NCBI RefSeq assembly: GCF_006345805.1
Contig: NC_043001.1
Coordinates: 18,166,001-18,230,000 of the forward strand
Source of the DNA: Octopus sinensis
Taxonomy: Eukaryota
DNA: 64,000 nt
Direction: 5' to 3'
A program made the position numbers and the translations under genes. This document shows, piece by piece, positions 36,117-50,169 of the stretch (within the stretch, counting starts at the first letter, position 1; every line of letters starts with the position of its first letter). Under the pieces are notes generated by a model. It saw only the letters and a program-made list of their open reading frames with translations, was not told where the DNA came from and ran no database searches.

Positions 36117-39100
36117 GTAAGTATACTTAGAACAGTTTTGCTTTGTCTGATTGTATATGCAACGTCAAATTAAGAAATATTTGGGTCTGGGGTTTCTAGA
36201 TTCTCATTGACCAACACCCAGTTGTCTGGCTTTAGAGTCATTTCATAAAAACTTAATTTTTTTATGTGACAATGCTTCAGTATAAACTATCCAAAATAGT
36301 ATAAAATTTACGGAGATGTACTTGCATAGCGAGTGACTTTATCTGAGATCATGTGCTGGAACGAAAACAATTGCAGCGTGGAAGGTGTTTATAAGCCATT
36401 TAAGAAACACACAAAAACCATTAGATTCCCTTCAACATTTAAATTTAATTTGTCAAAATATTTTTGTCGCTTTAAGACCGCGACCTGTTCCACTGACAAA
36501 ACTTCATACAGCATCTCTTATAAAATTTCTTTATAGTAAAAGTAGATGGTGTAGTCCAAATTTACAAATGCATGAATTGTAGATTGATGGAATTAGTGAA
36601 GTAAAATAATTATACCAAATTGGATGGTATTTGTTCTAAGAACAAGTCAATATATACCAGTGCAGACTATATAATTATTGTTCCTATCCTGATTCCATGT
36701 TTTTCACTGTGTGTAAACTTGTGTGTTAAATCCTGTTTGTATATGAGCCATTTGTTAGGTGTGTGTATGTGTGTTGTGTATCTTAGGACGGTGAAGCCCT
36801 TAACCAGCTGGGTAATAGCAACACTTGTGTAATGTATTGAGGACAAGTCAGGGGGGTTGAACACATCCCTCTCCAAGCAGTTCCCTCAAGCTATGGAATC
36901 AACCATCAATTTTGCACACAGAATGGAGTTTCTCTATGGACAGTCATTCTGCTAGTAATAACAACCAAATCTTCTTCAACTCACATCCCATGCTCTTTGA
37001 GAAGTGGTAGGGCACCTCAGATATGTAGTCCTACTCACCTTTAAAATGACAGGATGGCCACAATGGAATGCATTTGATCATTGTTCTGCTTGATTACAGC
37101 TAATCTGGGGACTAAGCAATAACAACAGCAATCCTGCCTTACAGCAGGATGTTTTTTTATTTCTTTGTTGTACTTTCTTACAATTGAGAAGATCGGTCAA
37201 GCCAAGTGAGACCGTAGTCATGGCCGATGCCAGTGTTTCATAACTGGCACCTGGGCCAGTGGCACATCCAAAACACCCACTGCACTCTTGGAGTGGTTGG
37301 CGTTTGGAAGGGCATCCCGCTGTAGAAACCATGGCAAATCAGATTGAAACCTGGTGCAGCTCCCCATCTTGTCAATTTTCAGTCAAACTGTCCAACCCAT
37401 GCCAGCATGGAAAGCAGACGTTAAATGACGATGATGATGATGATGATTATCCATGACCTGGACATTGCCAGCAGCCTTCTCCTTGGCTGTGTGGTTAAGA
37501 AGTCTGCTTCTAGCCATGTGGTCTTGGGGTCAGTCTCACAGCATTCTGTGCAAGTGCTTTCTACTATAATGTTGGCTGACCAATGCCTCGTGAGCTGATT
37601 TGATACATGAAAACTGGGTTATTGGAGAAGACACTTGCCCAAGGGTCCACACGTTGGGACTGAACCCGAAACTACTTAGTTGCAAAGTAGACTTCTTAAC
37701 CACAGAGCTGTGCATGCTTCTAGTATCATCATCATCATCATCATCATCATCATCGTTTAACGTCCGTTTTCCATGCTAGCATGGGTTGGACGGTTCAACT
37801 GGGGTCTGAGAAAGCAAAAGGCATGCTCCAGGCCCAGTCTGATCTGGCAGTGTTTCTACAGCTGGATATGCCCTTCCTAACGCCAACCACTCCGAGAGTG
37901 TAGTGGGTGCTTTTTATGTGCCACCTGCACAGGTGCCAGGCGAGGCTGGCAAAACAGCCACGATCAGGTGGTGCTTTTTACATGCCACCAGCACGGGGGG
38001 GCCAGACGAGGCTGGCAACGGCCATTTGTGCAAATTAATTACCTTAGTGATTGTTTTTTAATGACACTTGGATTGCTTTTGGAATGAGAGAATGTGATGG
38101 AGGTTGACTGTTTGGAGGGACATCATCAGGGTTAAGTGTGTGTGTGTGTGTTTTGATGGTGTGTTCGGATGTATGTTGAAGGACACTAACCACTACTCTT
38201 GTGATTGGGGTAAGGTAAAGGGACACACGTGTACTGGGGTGGAGGGATGTAATGACACAAAAGTAAGGGTTTGGTGAGGAAGGGTTAGATCAGTCTCCAA
38301 GTGGAATTCTTTAAGGTGGAACAAGATTGTTTTTAGGTCCAGTGAGCCCCCTCAAAATACAGGTTGGCTCTGAAAGGTATTGTTTGGGGGGGGGCAGGGT
38401 GGTGGAGTGCTTGTCATGTTTCTAGGCCCCAAGCTGATGTACCTGCTGAGCCACCCCTCTCACTATTATAAACCATTAGTGAGGTAAAGCATTCATTGTG
38501 ATTATGAGAAAAGTGAATGCTTGATATGGAAGCAAAGAAATGGTTAGATATTCACCAGAATATATATATATATATGTGTGTGAATATGTTTGTGTTTCTG
38601 TGTTTGTCCCCCCTCCCCCAACATTGCTTGACAACCGATGCTGGTGTGTTTATGTCCCCGTAACTTAGAAGTTCGGCAAAAGACACCAATAGAATAAGTA
38701 CTAGGCTCGCAAAGAATAAGTCCTGGGGTCGATTTGCTCGACTAAAGGCGGTGCTCCAGCATGGCCGCAGTCAAATGACTGAAACAAGTAAAAGAGAGAA
38801 TGGTAAAGAGGTATACAAACACACTTGAAAACTTATGCACCAGTTTATGCTGCTGCGGTTGCTGCATGCCTTGTAATTCTAGCTGCACATGTGACTGCAC
38901 ACTTGTTGCCTGTAGTTATTTCTATCCTTGCTGCATGCCGGCAGTCTAAAACAAGCATCATTTGTAGGTAGATGCACAATTGCCTGTTGCTGGTTGTTTA
39001 CATTTAGCTGCACATTTTGGTGTAAATTTGCCTGAAGTTGTATCTTACATCAATCTGAGTCTGTTGCAACATCTTTGCTTGTTGCAGCTTGTTTAGTGCT

Positions 39101-39124
39101 GCTCACTGTTGATGTGCATATGTA

Positions 39125-39520
39125 TCTATATATATAAAGATGAAGTTGTCTGTGTGTGGCAGGTTTGGTAGCCTTCAACTAATGCTATCTCTCCTCCGAG
39201 ACCCTGCAGGACAAGTTGACCAAAATTGAGAGTATGATAGAAGAAGGCTTACTCTTCCTTCCGTAGAAGATAAAATTCAAATCAGACCATGTTAACACCA
39301 AAAATTATTTACATAAAAAAGGTGCTTTTTTTTTCTATGAAAATCCCTATTTTTTAACGATTTTTTTACTGCTGTGTCGCCATTTTATGGTGTATTTCAA
39401 CCAGAAAAATGTTCACTTAAAGAGAACAACAAGCTACATAATGCAAAATTTTTTACTTTTCAAAAATTCCAATTTTAAAGGGTCGAAACAAACCCGAGCA
39501 ACGCCAGGCGATACTGCTAG
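39125..39520 (+). mobile_element. Non-autonomous Helitron-like element
   Basis: Begins A|TCTATATATATAAAG and ends with the GC hairpin-like CCCGAGCAACGCCAGGCG, then CTAG|T. The A|T insertion site has no TSD. Confidence 0.7.
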
Positions 39521-40477
39521 TATATTTATATATGTTTATGTCTAGTTTCACTATTCAATGTATATCCGTGTTTAGCTCTTTGCTTTCCTATAGCTACACA
39601 TGTTGATGTATATCGTGTTCATTGTTCACACCTCCTGTCACCTTTAGATACACACCTGCCTGTTAATTTAGTTTAATGCCAAGAGATGATACATGCAGCT
39701 ACAAAATATAAATAAGAAAATAATTCATTAACAATTTAGTTTATGTTGTTTCTCCCCCTTTTCTGTTTTTAACTGTGAAATGTTAAAATGATAAGAAAAC
39801 TGCTGGTAGTCTGTGTATTGATAGGAGACAGTTCAAAGTGTGTGTTTCTTGGTGTATAAAGAAGAGAAAATATATTCATTGCTATCACATTCATTGAGAC
39901 AAATGAATATTTATGTATATACACACACACATACATCATCATTGTTTAACATCCGCTTTCCATGCTGGCATGGGTTGGATGGTTTGACTGAGGACTGGCA
40001 AACCAGAAGGCTGTACCAGGCTCCAATCTGAGCTGGCAGAGTTTCTACAGCTGGATGCCCTTCCTAATGCCAACCACTCTGAGAGTGTAGTGGGTGCTTT
40101 TACATCCCACCAGCATGGTGGGGAGGGCAGTCAGGCAGCACTGACATCGACCACACTCGAATGGTGGTTTTTACCTGCCACCGGCACTGGCATCAGCCAC
40201 GTTCAAATGGTGCTTTTTACATGCCAGCAGTACTGGCATCGTCCATGCTTGAATGGTGATTTTTACCTACCCCCCGACACGTGTGTTATGTATGATCGTG
40301 TTGATGTAAAATGAGGATTTAATTTAACATTTCATACAGAGGTATAAAAAAAGAAATTTATTTGAATGAATCTTTACACAGACAGTATTAAGTAGAAAGG
40401 CAAAGCACAGCTGAGTGGGGGATGTTACAGATGTAGTTTGAGGAAAGTTAAAAAAAGATGCTGAAAAATTTGTTAAA

Positions 40478-40866
40478 GCCGGCAGTTTGTTCCATACTTC
40501 AGCAACTCTTAGCGTGAAAAAATGTTTCCGAAAGTCATGGGGGCTGTGCTGTTTTCTGACTTTGTAACCATGCCCATGGGTGTTAGATAGGTGGAGTTTG
40601 AAAAGGTGCTCAGAGTTATTATTTGTAAGATGGTTAATAATTTTATGGGTGTCTACCAAGTCAGCTGCCAGATGTTAGAGTTTCAATGTATCTATGCCCA
40701 GGGAAGTAAGGCATTCAGAATATGCCTGATGGAGGGTATTCTCTTGGTTGCACGTTGCTGAACAGTTTCCAGATGATTAATATCCTGGGCAAGATAGGGG
40801 TTCCAGACCGGTGATGCAAATTCCAGGTGAGGCCACACCATAGCTATATAAAGCCTCAGATAGATA
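40478..40866 (-). mobile_element. CR1/L2-type LINE reverse transcriptase C-terminal remnant (frameshifted)
   Basis: LYIAMVWPHLEFASPVWNPYLAQDINHLETVQQRATKRIP...THGHGYKV...RKHFFTLRVAEVWNKLP. Confidence 0.85.
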
Positions 40867-41167
40867 GCCGGAGAGCAGCTCACAAAGGACTTGGTAATAA
40901 GTACTTCTGTAATAAGTACAGTCTGTGAAAATGTGATTAAGAACTCAATCGGGGCTAATGAATGTGTGGTAGACCTTATATTAATATATGTTTGAAGATG
41001 TTGACATTGTTGTTCTAAAAACTTATGAACGCTCTTGTTAGATTGCAGATAAACCATGGTGAGTATCACAAAACTTGCTACCCTCCTGCCTACTTTTCAT
41101 GCAACCACTTTGCTCTTTTAATTATTCAGGTTTCATAGAACTAAATTTGCTCACTTGTTCACACATA

Positions 41168-41200
<33 letters not shown>

Positions 41201-41242
41201 ATATATATATATTAGAAGGTTTGGAGATGATGTACAGGTATT

Positions 41243-41596
41243 ATATATTAGAAGAAATGAGGTACCCAGAAATCTGGATGGTTTTATATTTACAGATATT
41301 TATTAATATGTTGCATATTTTTATAAACCATATATCATATATTAGCGCTTTCGTCCACTCTAGTGGAGTTTTCAATTTGAAACGTTTATGAAAGAAACTG
41401 GGCTATTTCTTGCAACAAATACATCTGAATCAAAATTTCTTTACAGACCCTTAAATTTCAAATTGAAAACTCCACTAGAGTGGACGAAAGCGCTAATATA
41501 TGATATATGATTTATAAAAACATGTAACATACTTATAAATATCTGTAAATATAAAACCATCCAGATTTCTGAGTACCTCATTTCTTCTAATATATA
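41243..41596. mobile_element. (TA)n-flanked hairpin element with arms of about 140 bp carrying a hammerhead-like motif; the loop is a hAT-MITE fragment
   Basis: Arms 41243-41382 and 41456-41596; + strand 41463-41495 reads TTGAAAAC-TCCAC-TAGA-GTGGA-CGAAAGCGCTA. Confidence 0.55.
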
Positions 41597-42416
41597 TATA
41601 TATATACACACACACACATGTCTCCATCTATACATCGCTTCATGCACTCACTCACACCAAATGTACCCTATCTACTATACACAAAATAACCCTACTCTCC
41701 TACATGTGCAAAATGATCTTATTGTCATACACATAATACACATACTCCCTCTTTCTTTCTCTGTCTCACACACACATACATCTTACTCGCAAGCCAGCAA
41801 GAAAGACTCCTAGCAGCTAAACCTATCGTAAATTATGCACAAACATCTTGAAGGGCAGGACACATCAGATAATGTAGTCCCTATACACACTTAAAATGAG
41901 ATGGAGGGGTGGTTGTAGCTGGATCACTTTTCCTTATACATTCGTTTGATCAGGTTTCACTTTGGACTAAATAAAACACTCACTCCCTCTCACATACATA
42001 CTTGCTTCTCTCTCTCCCTCACACACACTCACTCACTCAAAATGCTACACTGTCATACACAAGCATACATCCCTCTTGTCTGAAAATCCCATCTCAACAG
42101 AGACAGCCTCAAACATCCACATTTTAAATACTCGGGTATTACTAATATTGCTTTCAATTAAAACAACAAATAGTTATAAATCACTAGTAGCTAATCAAAG
42201 AGCTTGTGATAATCTCACTTCCTTGTAGTAAGCATTTCCCTTCACCTAATACTGGCTTTTTTTCTAGTTCCCCGATGTTTCTGCTTAAGCCATTCTTCAA
42301 CAACCATGTTTTTTTTTGTTTTTATTTTGGTTTGTTTGGGGTTTTTTTTATTTCCACTAGACTTACTTTTGGTTGAAGGGATCATTGATTAGTCACTAAT
42401 TAGTAATTGGTTAGAC

Positions 42417-42933
42417 TATTGGTTCTCAACAGTAGTGTATTGATTTCTTAACTATCCACAAGGGGCTAAACACAGAGGGGACAAACAAGGACAGACAAAC
42501 GGATTAAGTCGATTACATCGACCCCAGTACGCAACTGGTACTTAATTTGTCAACCCCGAAAAGATGAAAGGCAAAGTCGACCTCGGCGGAATTTGAACTC
42601 GGAACGTAACGACAGACGAAATACGGCTACGCATTTCGCCCGGCGTGCTAACGTTTCTGCCAGCTCGCCGCCTTATCAACAGTAGTGTATTAAGGGTCTG
42701 TAAAGAAATTTTGATTCAGATGTATTTGTGGCAGGAAATAACCCAGTTTCTTTCACAAACGTTTTATATAGTTCCACCTAGACAAGTTAATGCGTGAACA
42801 GCAAAATGGGAATTTTGAAAGAGGCATCTATGAAACTAGTTTTTAAATATAGAATGCCTATGAGGGTCCAGCAAAATAAAATAATTATCAAAGGGGTCCA
42901 TAAATAAATTTAAAAAATGGTTGAGAACCACTG
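42417..42933. mobile_element. hAT-type MITE interrupted by a family-2 SINE (42442-42675)
   Basis: TIR (CAGTG)GTTCTCAAC ... GTTGAGAACCACTG with a degenerate 8-bp TSD (GGTTAGAC/TGTTAGAT). The SINE is flanked by a perfect 16-bp TSD, TCAACAGTAGTGTATT. Confidence 0.75.
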
Positions 42934-44728
42934 TGTTAGATTAAACGAATAGCCGATTGTCATCATCATCATCATCATTTAGCGTCCGTTTTCCATGCTA
43001 GCATGGGTTGGACGGTTCAACTGGGGTCTGTGAAGCCAGAAGGCTGCGCCAGGCCCAGTCTGATCTGGCAGTGTTTCTACGGCTGGATGCCCTTCCTAAC
43101 GCCAACCTCTCTGCGAGTGTAGTGGGTGCTTTTTACGTGCCACCTGCACAGGTGCCAGACGGAGCTGGCAAACGGCCACGAACAGATCGTGCTTTTACCT
43201 GCCACTGGCACGGGGTCCAGGCAGGGCTGGCAACGGACACGAACGGATGGTGCTTTTACGTGCCACCGGCACGAAGGCCAGTCGGGGCAGCGCTGGCAAC
43301 GGCCACAATCGGATGGTTTGCTTAAACCACAGCTGCAATTTCCATTGATGTTGATCGACTTCGATTTTGGTTCTGCTCTCTGATATCTGATTTGATTTGG
43401 TTTGATTGTGTATGTGTATTTCAAACCTGGGTTGGATGGTTCTACAAATTTTGATTTTTGCATAACCATTTAGATTATACAGGACAAATGGCTGGATCTG
43501 TAGAATTTCAGACAGAATAACTTGTGGTATTTCTCAGTTCAAATCCCATCATCCAGGTTCAGTTTCCTTTTAATCCTTTTAGTCAATAAAATAAGTACTG
43601 AAGGTCAATGAACTCAACTACAAGTTAGAAGCTGGTGCTCCTGTGTGGCCACAGTCCAGAGACTGGAAATGATTTTTTAAAAATACTGTTCATAGCACTA
43701 TCATAGGTGGATTATCCATATTTTCAGTGGGAATAGGCTACCTTGGATAGTCCAATCTACAGTACAATAAGGACAGATGTGCTAAACACAGACAATTATG
43801 GTTGAGCCTGTAGAGATGTTTGAAATCATAGAGTTCCAAAGGAAGGATTAAGAGCCAGGAGACAAGAAAAGCCCTTTGTAATATTTGTTGAATGTCAACA
43901 TCATCAGGAGTTAGATAATTCATACATTGTTGCAAGAATTGTTTAATATACCAAAAAAATCTTAACTTTTCCTCCTATCATTGTTTTTTAAATGAGAACC
44001 ACTTGTAATTTCAGAATTGTGTTCTCACAACCAAATTGGAGCGGCTGTGGCTTGGATGCCAATCGAACCCTCTAGAATTTTCCATTAGCTTCTTTCGTGT
44101 CTTGAGTCTGCTTCGTTAAAGCTAATCATCATCATCATCGTTTAACGTCCGCTTTCCATGCTAGCATGAGTTGGACGATTTGACTGAGGGCTGGCGAACC
44201 AGATGGCTGCACCAAGCTCCAGTTTTGATCTGGCAGAGTTTCTACAGCTGGATGCCCTTCCTAATGCCAACCACTCCGAGAGTGTAGTGGGTGCTTTTAC
44301 GTGCCACCGGCATGGGAACCAGTCGGGCGGTACTGGCAATGACCTCGGTCGAATCTTTTTACACATGCCACCAGCACAGGTGCCAGTAAGGTGATGCTGG
44401 TAACAATCACGCTCGAATGGTGCCCTTTTACATTCCACCGGCACGGAAGCCAAAAGCTATTTAACAACAACAATAGCAACAGAAATGATATCCTTATCAT
44501 TTTTATATTTAATGTCTGTATAATGGAATCCAAGATTCATGATATCTGCAGCGTGTCTCCTTCTCCCATTACAATTATTTTCTGTAGTCTTAGGATCTGG
44601 AACTCAAAGAAGAAGCTTACAAGCAGATGCAATTCAATGGTTGTTTATTTTAGTTCTCATTTGTGTGGCTCGTTCCCGGTGACAGCTCATGGTTCATTGT
44701 TCTGTTTTTGATTTGACGGTCATTCAGA

Positions 44729-44943
44729 ATGCTCACAGCAGCCATATTCCTACCGCTCTATGTCACGCTGGTGAGACCCATATTGGAGTACGGGATTCAA
44801 GCCTCTTCTCCTTATCTCCTTAAAGACATACATCATCTCGAAAGAGTCCAGAAGCTGGCAACCCGCATGGTTCTTGGTCTCAAGCATTTGTCTTATGAAG
44901 AAAGGCTGAAGACGCTCGACCTTTATTCTCTCGAAAAACGACA
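44729..44943 (+). mobile_element. CR1/L2-type LINE reverse transcriptase C-terminal fragment
   Basis: LYVTLVRPILEYGIQASSPYLLKDIHHLERVQKLATRMVLGLKHLSYEERLKTLDLYSLEKR. Confidence 0.85.
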
Positions 44944-47072
44944 ACCGGTGAAGTTAGAGCAGGATAAGAATCTGCTGTGAGATGCCAGCTGGCAGTGTTT
45001 CTCAGCGCAAGTGAGAAAGAGAAGAGAGACTGAATGCCTTAATACGCCTGCTTAAATAGTCATTGGCGACGAGATCTTGCTCTTATCTCAGACATGGCTA
45101 TGGCTGCCAGCGAGATCTTGTACAAAATGGTACTGGCTTCTTGTGTCACGCTACACCTGTTTTGTACACCTATATGAATTATGTCGGTGTATTTCTGTTA
45201 CGGCTATCAACGTATGAATTCCATATAAATGGGTTAGAATTGAAGATGAACAGAGCAATATTCAACCGAAAGAATCAATAGGCGTAGGAGTGGCTGTGTG
45301 GTAAGTAGCTTGCTTGCAAACTACATGGTTCCGGGTTCAGTCCCACTGCGTGGCACCTTGGGCAAGTGTCTTCTACTATAGCCTCGGGCCGACCAAAGCC
45401 TTGTGAGTGAATTTGGTAGACGAAAACTGAAAGAAGCCCATCATATATGTGTGTGTGTGTGTGTGTGTGTTTGTCCCCCCAACATTGCTTGACAACCGGT
45501 GCTGGTGTGTTTACGTCCCCGTAATTTAGCAGTTCAGCAAAAGAGACCGATAGAATAAGTACTAGGCTTACAAAGAATAAGTCCTGGGGTCGATGTGTTC
45601 AACTAAAGGCAGTGCTCCAGCATGGCCACAGTCAAATGACTGAAACAAATAAAAGAGAAAGAGAGAGAGTAAAGCTGTGTGGTAAGAGGTTTGCTTCCGA
45701 ACCACATGGTTCCAGGTTCAGTCCCACTGCATTGCATCTTACCAAAGTGTTGTGAGTGGATTTGGTAAGCAGAAACTGAAAGAGGCCCACCGGGCAAGCG
45801 CACGTGTGTGTGTGTTATGATTTTGCTTAGACATGGTGATACTAATAACCAGTTGTTAGTACTCTATATACATGTGCTTTAGAATAAAGCATTAAGTACA
45901 ATTCATGACGGCACATGGCTCAGTGGTTAGAACATCAGGCTCGCAATCATGAGGTAGTGAGTTTGATTCCCAGACCAGGCTGTGTATTGTGTTCTTGAGC
46001 AAGACGCTTTATTTCACGTTGCTCCAGTTTACTCAGCCGTAGAAATGAGTTGCATACACACACACTTCCAGAGTTTGGACAAAATAATGGAAACACCTTA
46101 AAATTTCAAACAAATTTATTTTAATATTGGGTAGGACCGCCTTGAATTCTATGAGGTGTTGGCCTTTGCCTTTCCCTGGGATAATATTTGTGTCATGGAT
46201 AGGAGAGGCTGGTATGCATGGGCACCTGCCAGTCTTCCATAAACAATCTTGCCCAGACTTGTGCCTCAGAGGGTAACTTTGTAAGTGCAATCCCATGGTC
46301 ATTCATGACCGATGCAGGTCTTTACTCCTTACAGATCATAATATTGATTATTGAGTGACAAGGAACCGGAATTAGGGAGGGAGAGAGAGAGATATAGTCT
46401 TATTTTGTAAGAGTCTTTTAATGCTTATAAATACTCACACTGATTGCTGTTTTTGTTGTTACTTAGAGTTCCAAAAATTTTCAGTACAAAGATGGACATA
46501 GCTGTGTAGTTAAGAAGTTTGTTTCATGATCAGACTGTTCTAGGTTCAATCCCTCAACATAGCACCTTGAGGAAGTGTCTTCCACTGTCGCCTGAGCCAA
46601 CCGAAGGCTTGTCGAGTGGGTTCAGAAGACAGAAACTGAAAGAAGCCTGTTTTTTGTGTGTGTTTGTGTCTCTTTATCTTGGCATTTTACTCTAAGTATA
46701 AATGAATGATGTACTTGCTAATATGCAATCTGCTGTAAAAACATGTCCGGCCATCATACTGTTATTGTTTGAAAGTGTATATAGAAAATACTACCTTGCT
46801 TGAAGATAGGTGAATGTTGGTGACAGGGAAAGCATCAGGTCAGAGAAAATTTACTTCAGTGAATTTCACCCAATACATGCAAGCATAGAAAAGCCGATGT
46901 TATGATATTGTCACCATGGATACCAATTTTTCTGGTGACCTTCATGAACTGTTTAAATTTTGGGGATTATGGCTAAAACCAAAGTGACCATGTTGTAGGG
47001 TTTGATACAACAATATTAGTTTCTTCTCATGGTTTCGGATTGAAATTCTTACTAAACGTGTGTGTGTGTGTC

Positions 47073-47296
47073 CACCGTTTCTCAGCTGGGGTTCCCCAGA
47101 ACTCTAGGGTCCTGCAAAAGGTTCCTAGGGGTTCTACGAGAAAGACTGAGATAAGCTAATGCTAATTTCATGATCATAATATTACTGTACATGCACAACA
47201 TATTATTGGTTATTGTAATATTGTTATATAGGCATCATCCTATCTAACCTATTATGTTATCAAAAAAATATAACTATATATATATATAATATATAT

Positions 47297-47343
<47 letters not shown>

Positions 47344-47856
47344 TATATATATTCACATGGTAAATATCATATCATCATCATCATCATCATCATCGTTTAA
47401 CGTCCGTTTTCCGTGCTAACATGGGTTGGACGGTTCAACTGGGGATCTGGGAAGCCATAAGGCTGCACCAGGCTCCAGTCTGATCTGGCAGTGTTTCTAC
47501 AGCTGGATGCCCTTCCTAACGCCAACCTCTCCGTGAGTGTAGTGGGTGCTTTTTACGTGCCACCTGCACAGGTACCAGGCAAGTCTGGCAACGGCCACGG
47601 TCGGATTGGTGCATTTTACGTGCCACCGGCACGATATATATATATATATATGATAGTTTATATCTATATATATATGCAGAAGTACAAATAAAGGTTACAA
47701 ACCTCATTAAGGGATAGCAAAACCCTATGAATGCACTGGTTAGTTACCTATACAAAGAATGTTGAACATTACAGTTAATACTCAACTGCAAGGTAACTAT
47801 ATAAACCATGGTTTATATATATTCATTTATTCTTTTCTTATATATATATATGTATG

Positions 47857-47925
<69 letters not shown>

Positions 47926-48062
47926 AAGGTATTTACCATGTGAACTACGATGAAAAAAATACGAGAAAGATATGGTATATAATTTTTTTTTTGTCCAAGA
48001 GTTCCTTGAGACATGTAATTTATTTAAGGGTTACGCAAGGGTAAAAAGGTTGAGAAACACTG
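47073..48062. mobile_element. hAT-type MITE with nested (TA)n tracts and a family-3 repeat
   Basis: Termini CACCGTTTCTCAGC ... GGTTGAGAAACACTG inside a (TG)n site. Confidence 0.5.
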
Positions 48063-50138
48063 GTGTGTGTGTGTGTGGCAAAGAACAAAACAAATTCAAA
48101 ATAACGGCAAAGGTGGTGAGCTGGCAGAAACGTTAGCACGCCGGACGAAATGCTTAGCGGTATTTCATCTGCCGTTACGTTCTGAGTTCAAATTCCGCCG
48201 AGGTCAACTTTACTTTTCATACTTTCAGGGTCGATAAATTAAGGACCAGTTACGCACTGGGGTCGATGTAATCAATTTAATCTCTTTGCCTGTCCTTGTT
48301 TGCCCCCTCTATGTTTAGCCCCTTGTGGGCAATAAGGAAATAAAATGAGTTAAGTTTCCAGTGAAAACTAATAGTTTGATGCTCAGAGTAAAAGAAAGAA
48401 TTAATTGTTATGACATTTTGGACATTGCCCTTCTTTGGATAGACTGGAAAGAGAAGAGTAAAGACGGAGAGAAACTGGAAAAAGAAAGGAAATTATCATT
48501 GTAGTAAAACAAAATTAAAAAGTGCAATTCGAGCAAAACAAAAGCCATGCAAAAGTTGGTCTACATGTTTCCCAACCACATGATTTCAGGTTCAGAACCA
48601 CTGCGTGGCACCATTGGGCAAGCAGCTTCTACTATAGCCCCAGGCTGGTGAGTGGATTTGGTCGGTGGAAACTGTTTGAAAGCCCATTGTATCATCATCA
48701 TCATCGTCTTCATTTTAACATGCTTTTTTGCATGTGTGTTTTATTGTCTCCTTGCCCTGACAACACGTGACAGCTGTAAATGAATGACATTGTGATGCAA
48801 GTGGTACTGCGTGGCATCTTGGGCAAGTGTCTTCTACTATAGCCTCGGGCCGACCAAAGCCTTGTGAGTGGATTTGGTAGACGGAAACTGAAAAAAGCCT
48901 GTCGTGTATATGTTTCTGTATCTGAGTTTGTCCCCCCCCCCCCAAACATCACTTGACAACCGATGCTGGTGTGTTTACATCCCCATAACTTAACGGTTCG
49001 GCAAAAGAGACCAGTAGAATAAGTACTAGGCAAGTCCTGGAGTCGATTTGCTCAACTAAAGGCAGTGCTCCAGCATGGCCACAGTCAAATGACTGAAGCA
49101 AGTAAAAGAGTCAAAGAGTACTCTTTGTTTCCAGTCTTCCGTGGAAACCTGTCTGATCATGGGGAGACGTTAGCATGCTTGGAAACCAGTGAGGGTTGTC
49201 TGCAGGAAGGGCATCTAACCCCAAGAAGATCTTGCCTCAACAAATTCCATCCGACCTATGTGTGAGCATGGGAAAGTGGACATTAGAAAGACGATGATGA
49301 TGACGATGATGATGATGATAATATACAAATAAATTGTAATAATAATTATTCTTTATATCATTTTTGTAACTACTTTGTAGATGCTGTGGTTCTTATTCAG
49401 TAAGTATAGCAACATGTATGCATTGTCAGCTTGGATTGAATAGTACCTTTAGGCAGCGAATTTAGTAGCAGCAGCAGCAGCAGTGGTGGTGGTGATGATG
49501 ATAGTAGTGATAATAGTGGTGGTGGTGGTGGTTGGTGTTGTCTGTTGTTGTTGCATTGCTTGTCGGGGATGCAAACACTGATTCCTAGTTGTAACCCTTT
49601 ACCTCTATGCCTGCTGGCTGATGGTGAAATTAATGCTTACTGCTTGTTACCCCCCCTGCTGTTGTGCATCTGCTAAATCAACCTCCACCCCCCACCCCGT
49701 CCCAACCTTATGTGCAGATGATATATTTTCGTTCCGACATTTGTGACTGTGAAAAGCTTATCACATATTCTTTTTTTTTTTTTGTGTTATAACGTAACAA
49801 GCACCATCCGATCGTGGCCGTTTGCCAGCCTCATCTGGCACCTGTGTCGGTGGCACATAAAAAACACCATCCGAGCGTGGCCGTCTGCCAGCCTCGTCTG
49901 GCACCTGTGTCGGTGGCACATAAAAAACACCATCCGAGCGTGGCCGTTTGTCAGCCTCGTCTGGCACCTGTGTCAGTGGCACATAAAATCACCCACTACA
50001 CTCTCGGAGTGGTTGGCGTTAGGAAGGGCATCCAGCTGTAGAAACACTGCCAGATCTGACTGGACTGGTGCAGCTTTCGGGCTCCCCAGACCCCAGTTGA
50101 ACCGTCCAACCCATGCTAGCATGGAAAGCGGACGTTAA

Positions 50139-50169
<31 letters not shown>

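Noticed and set aside
38830-39120. Degenerate TGC/TGTTGC-rich stretch that looks like a minus-strand Gln/Ala-rich exon
   Set aside because: The minus-strand frames I read contain stops, and I saw no clear splice sites.
42178-42233. Possible phase 2-2 micro-exon (YKSLVANQRACDNLTSL) with a GTAAGC donor
   Set aside because: Poor acceptor and not required to connect the other exons.
49795-49985. Regularly spaced 56-bp direct repeats that superficially resemble a CRISPR array
   Set aside because: The units are contiguous with no unique spacers, there are no cas genes, and the context is a eukaryotic SINE.
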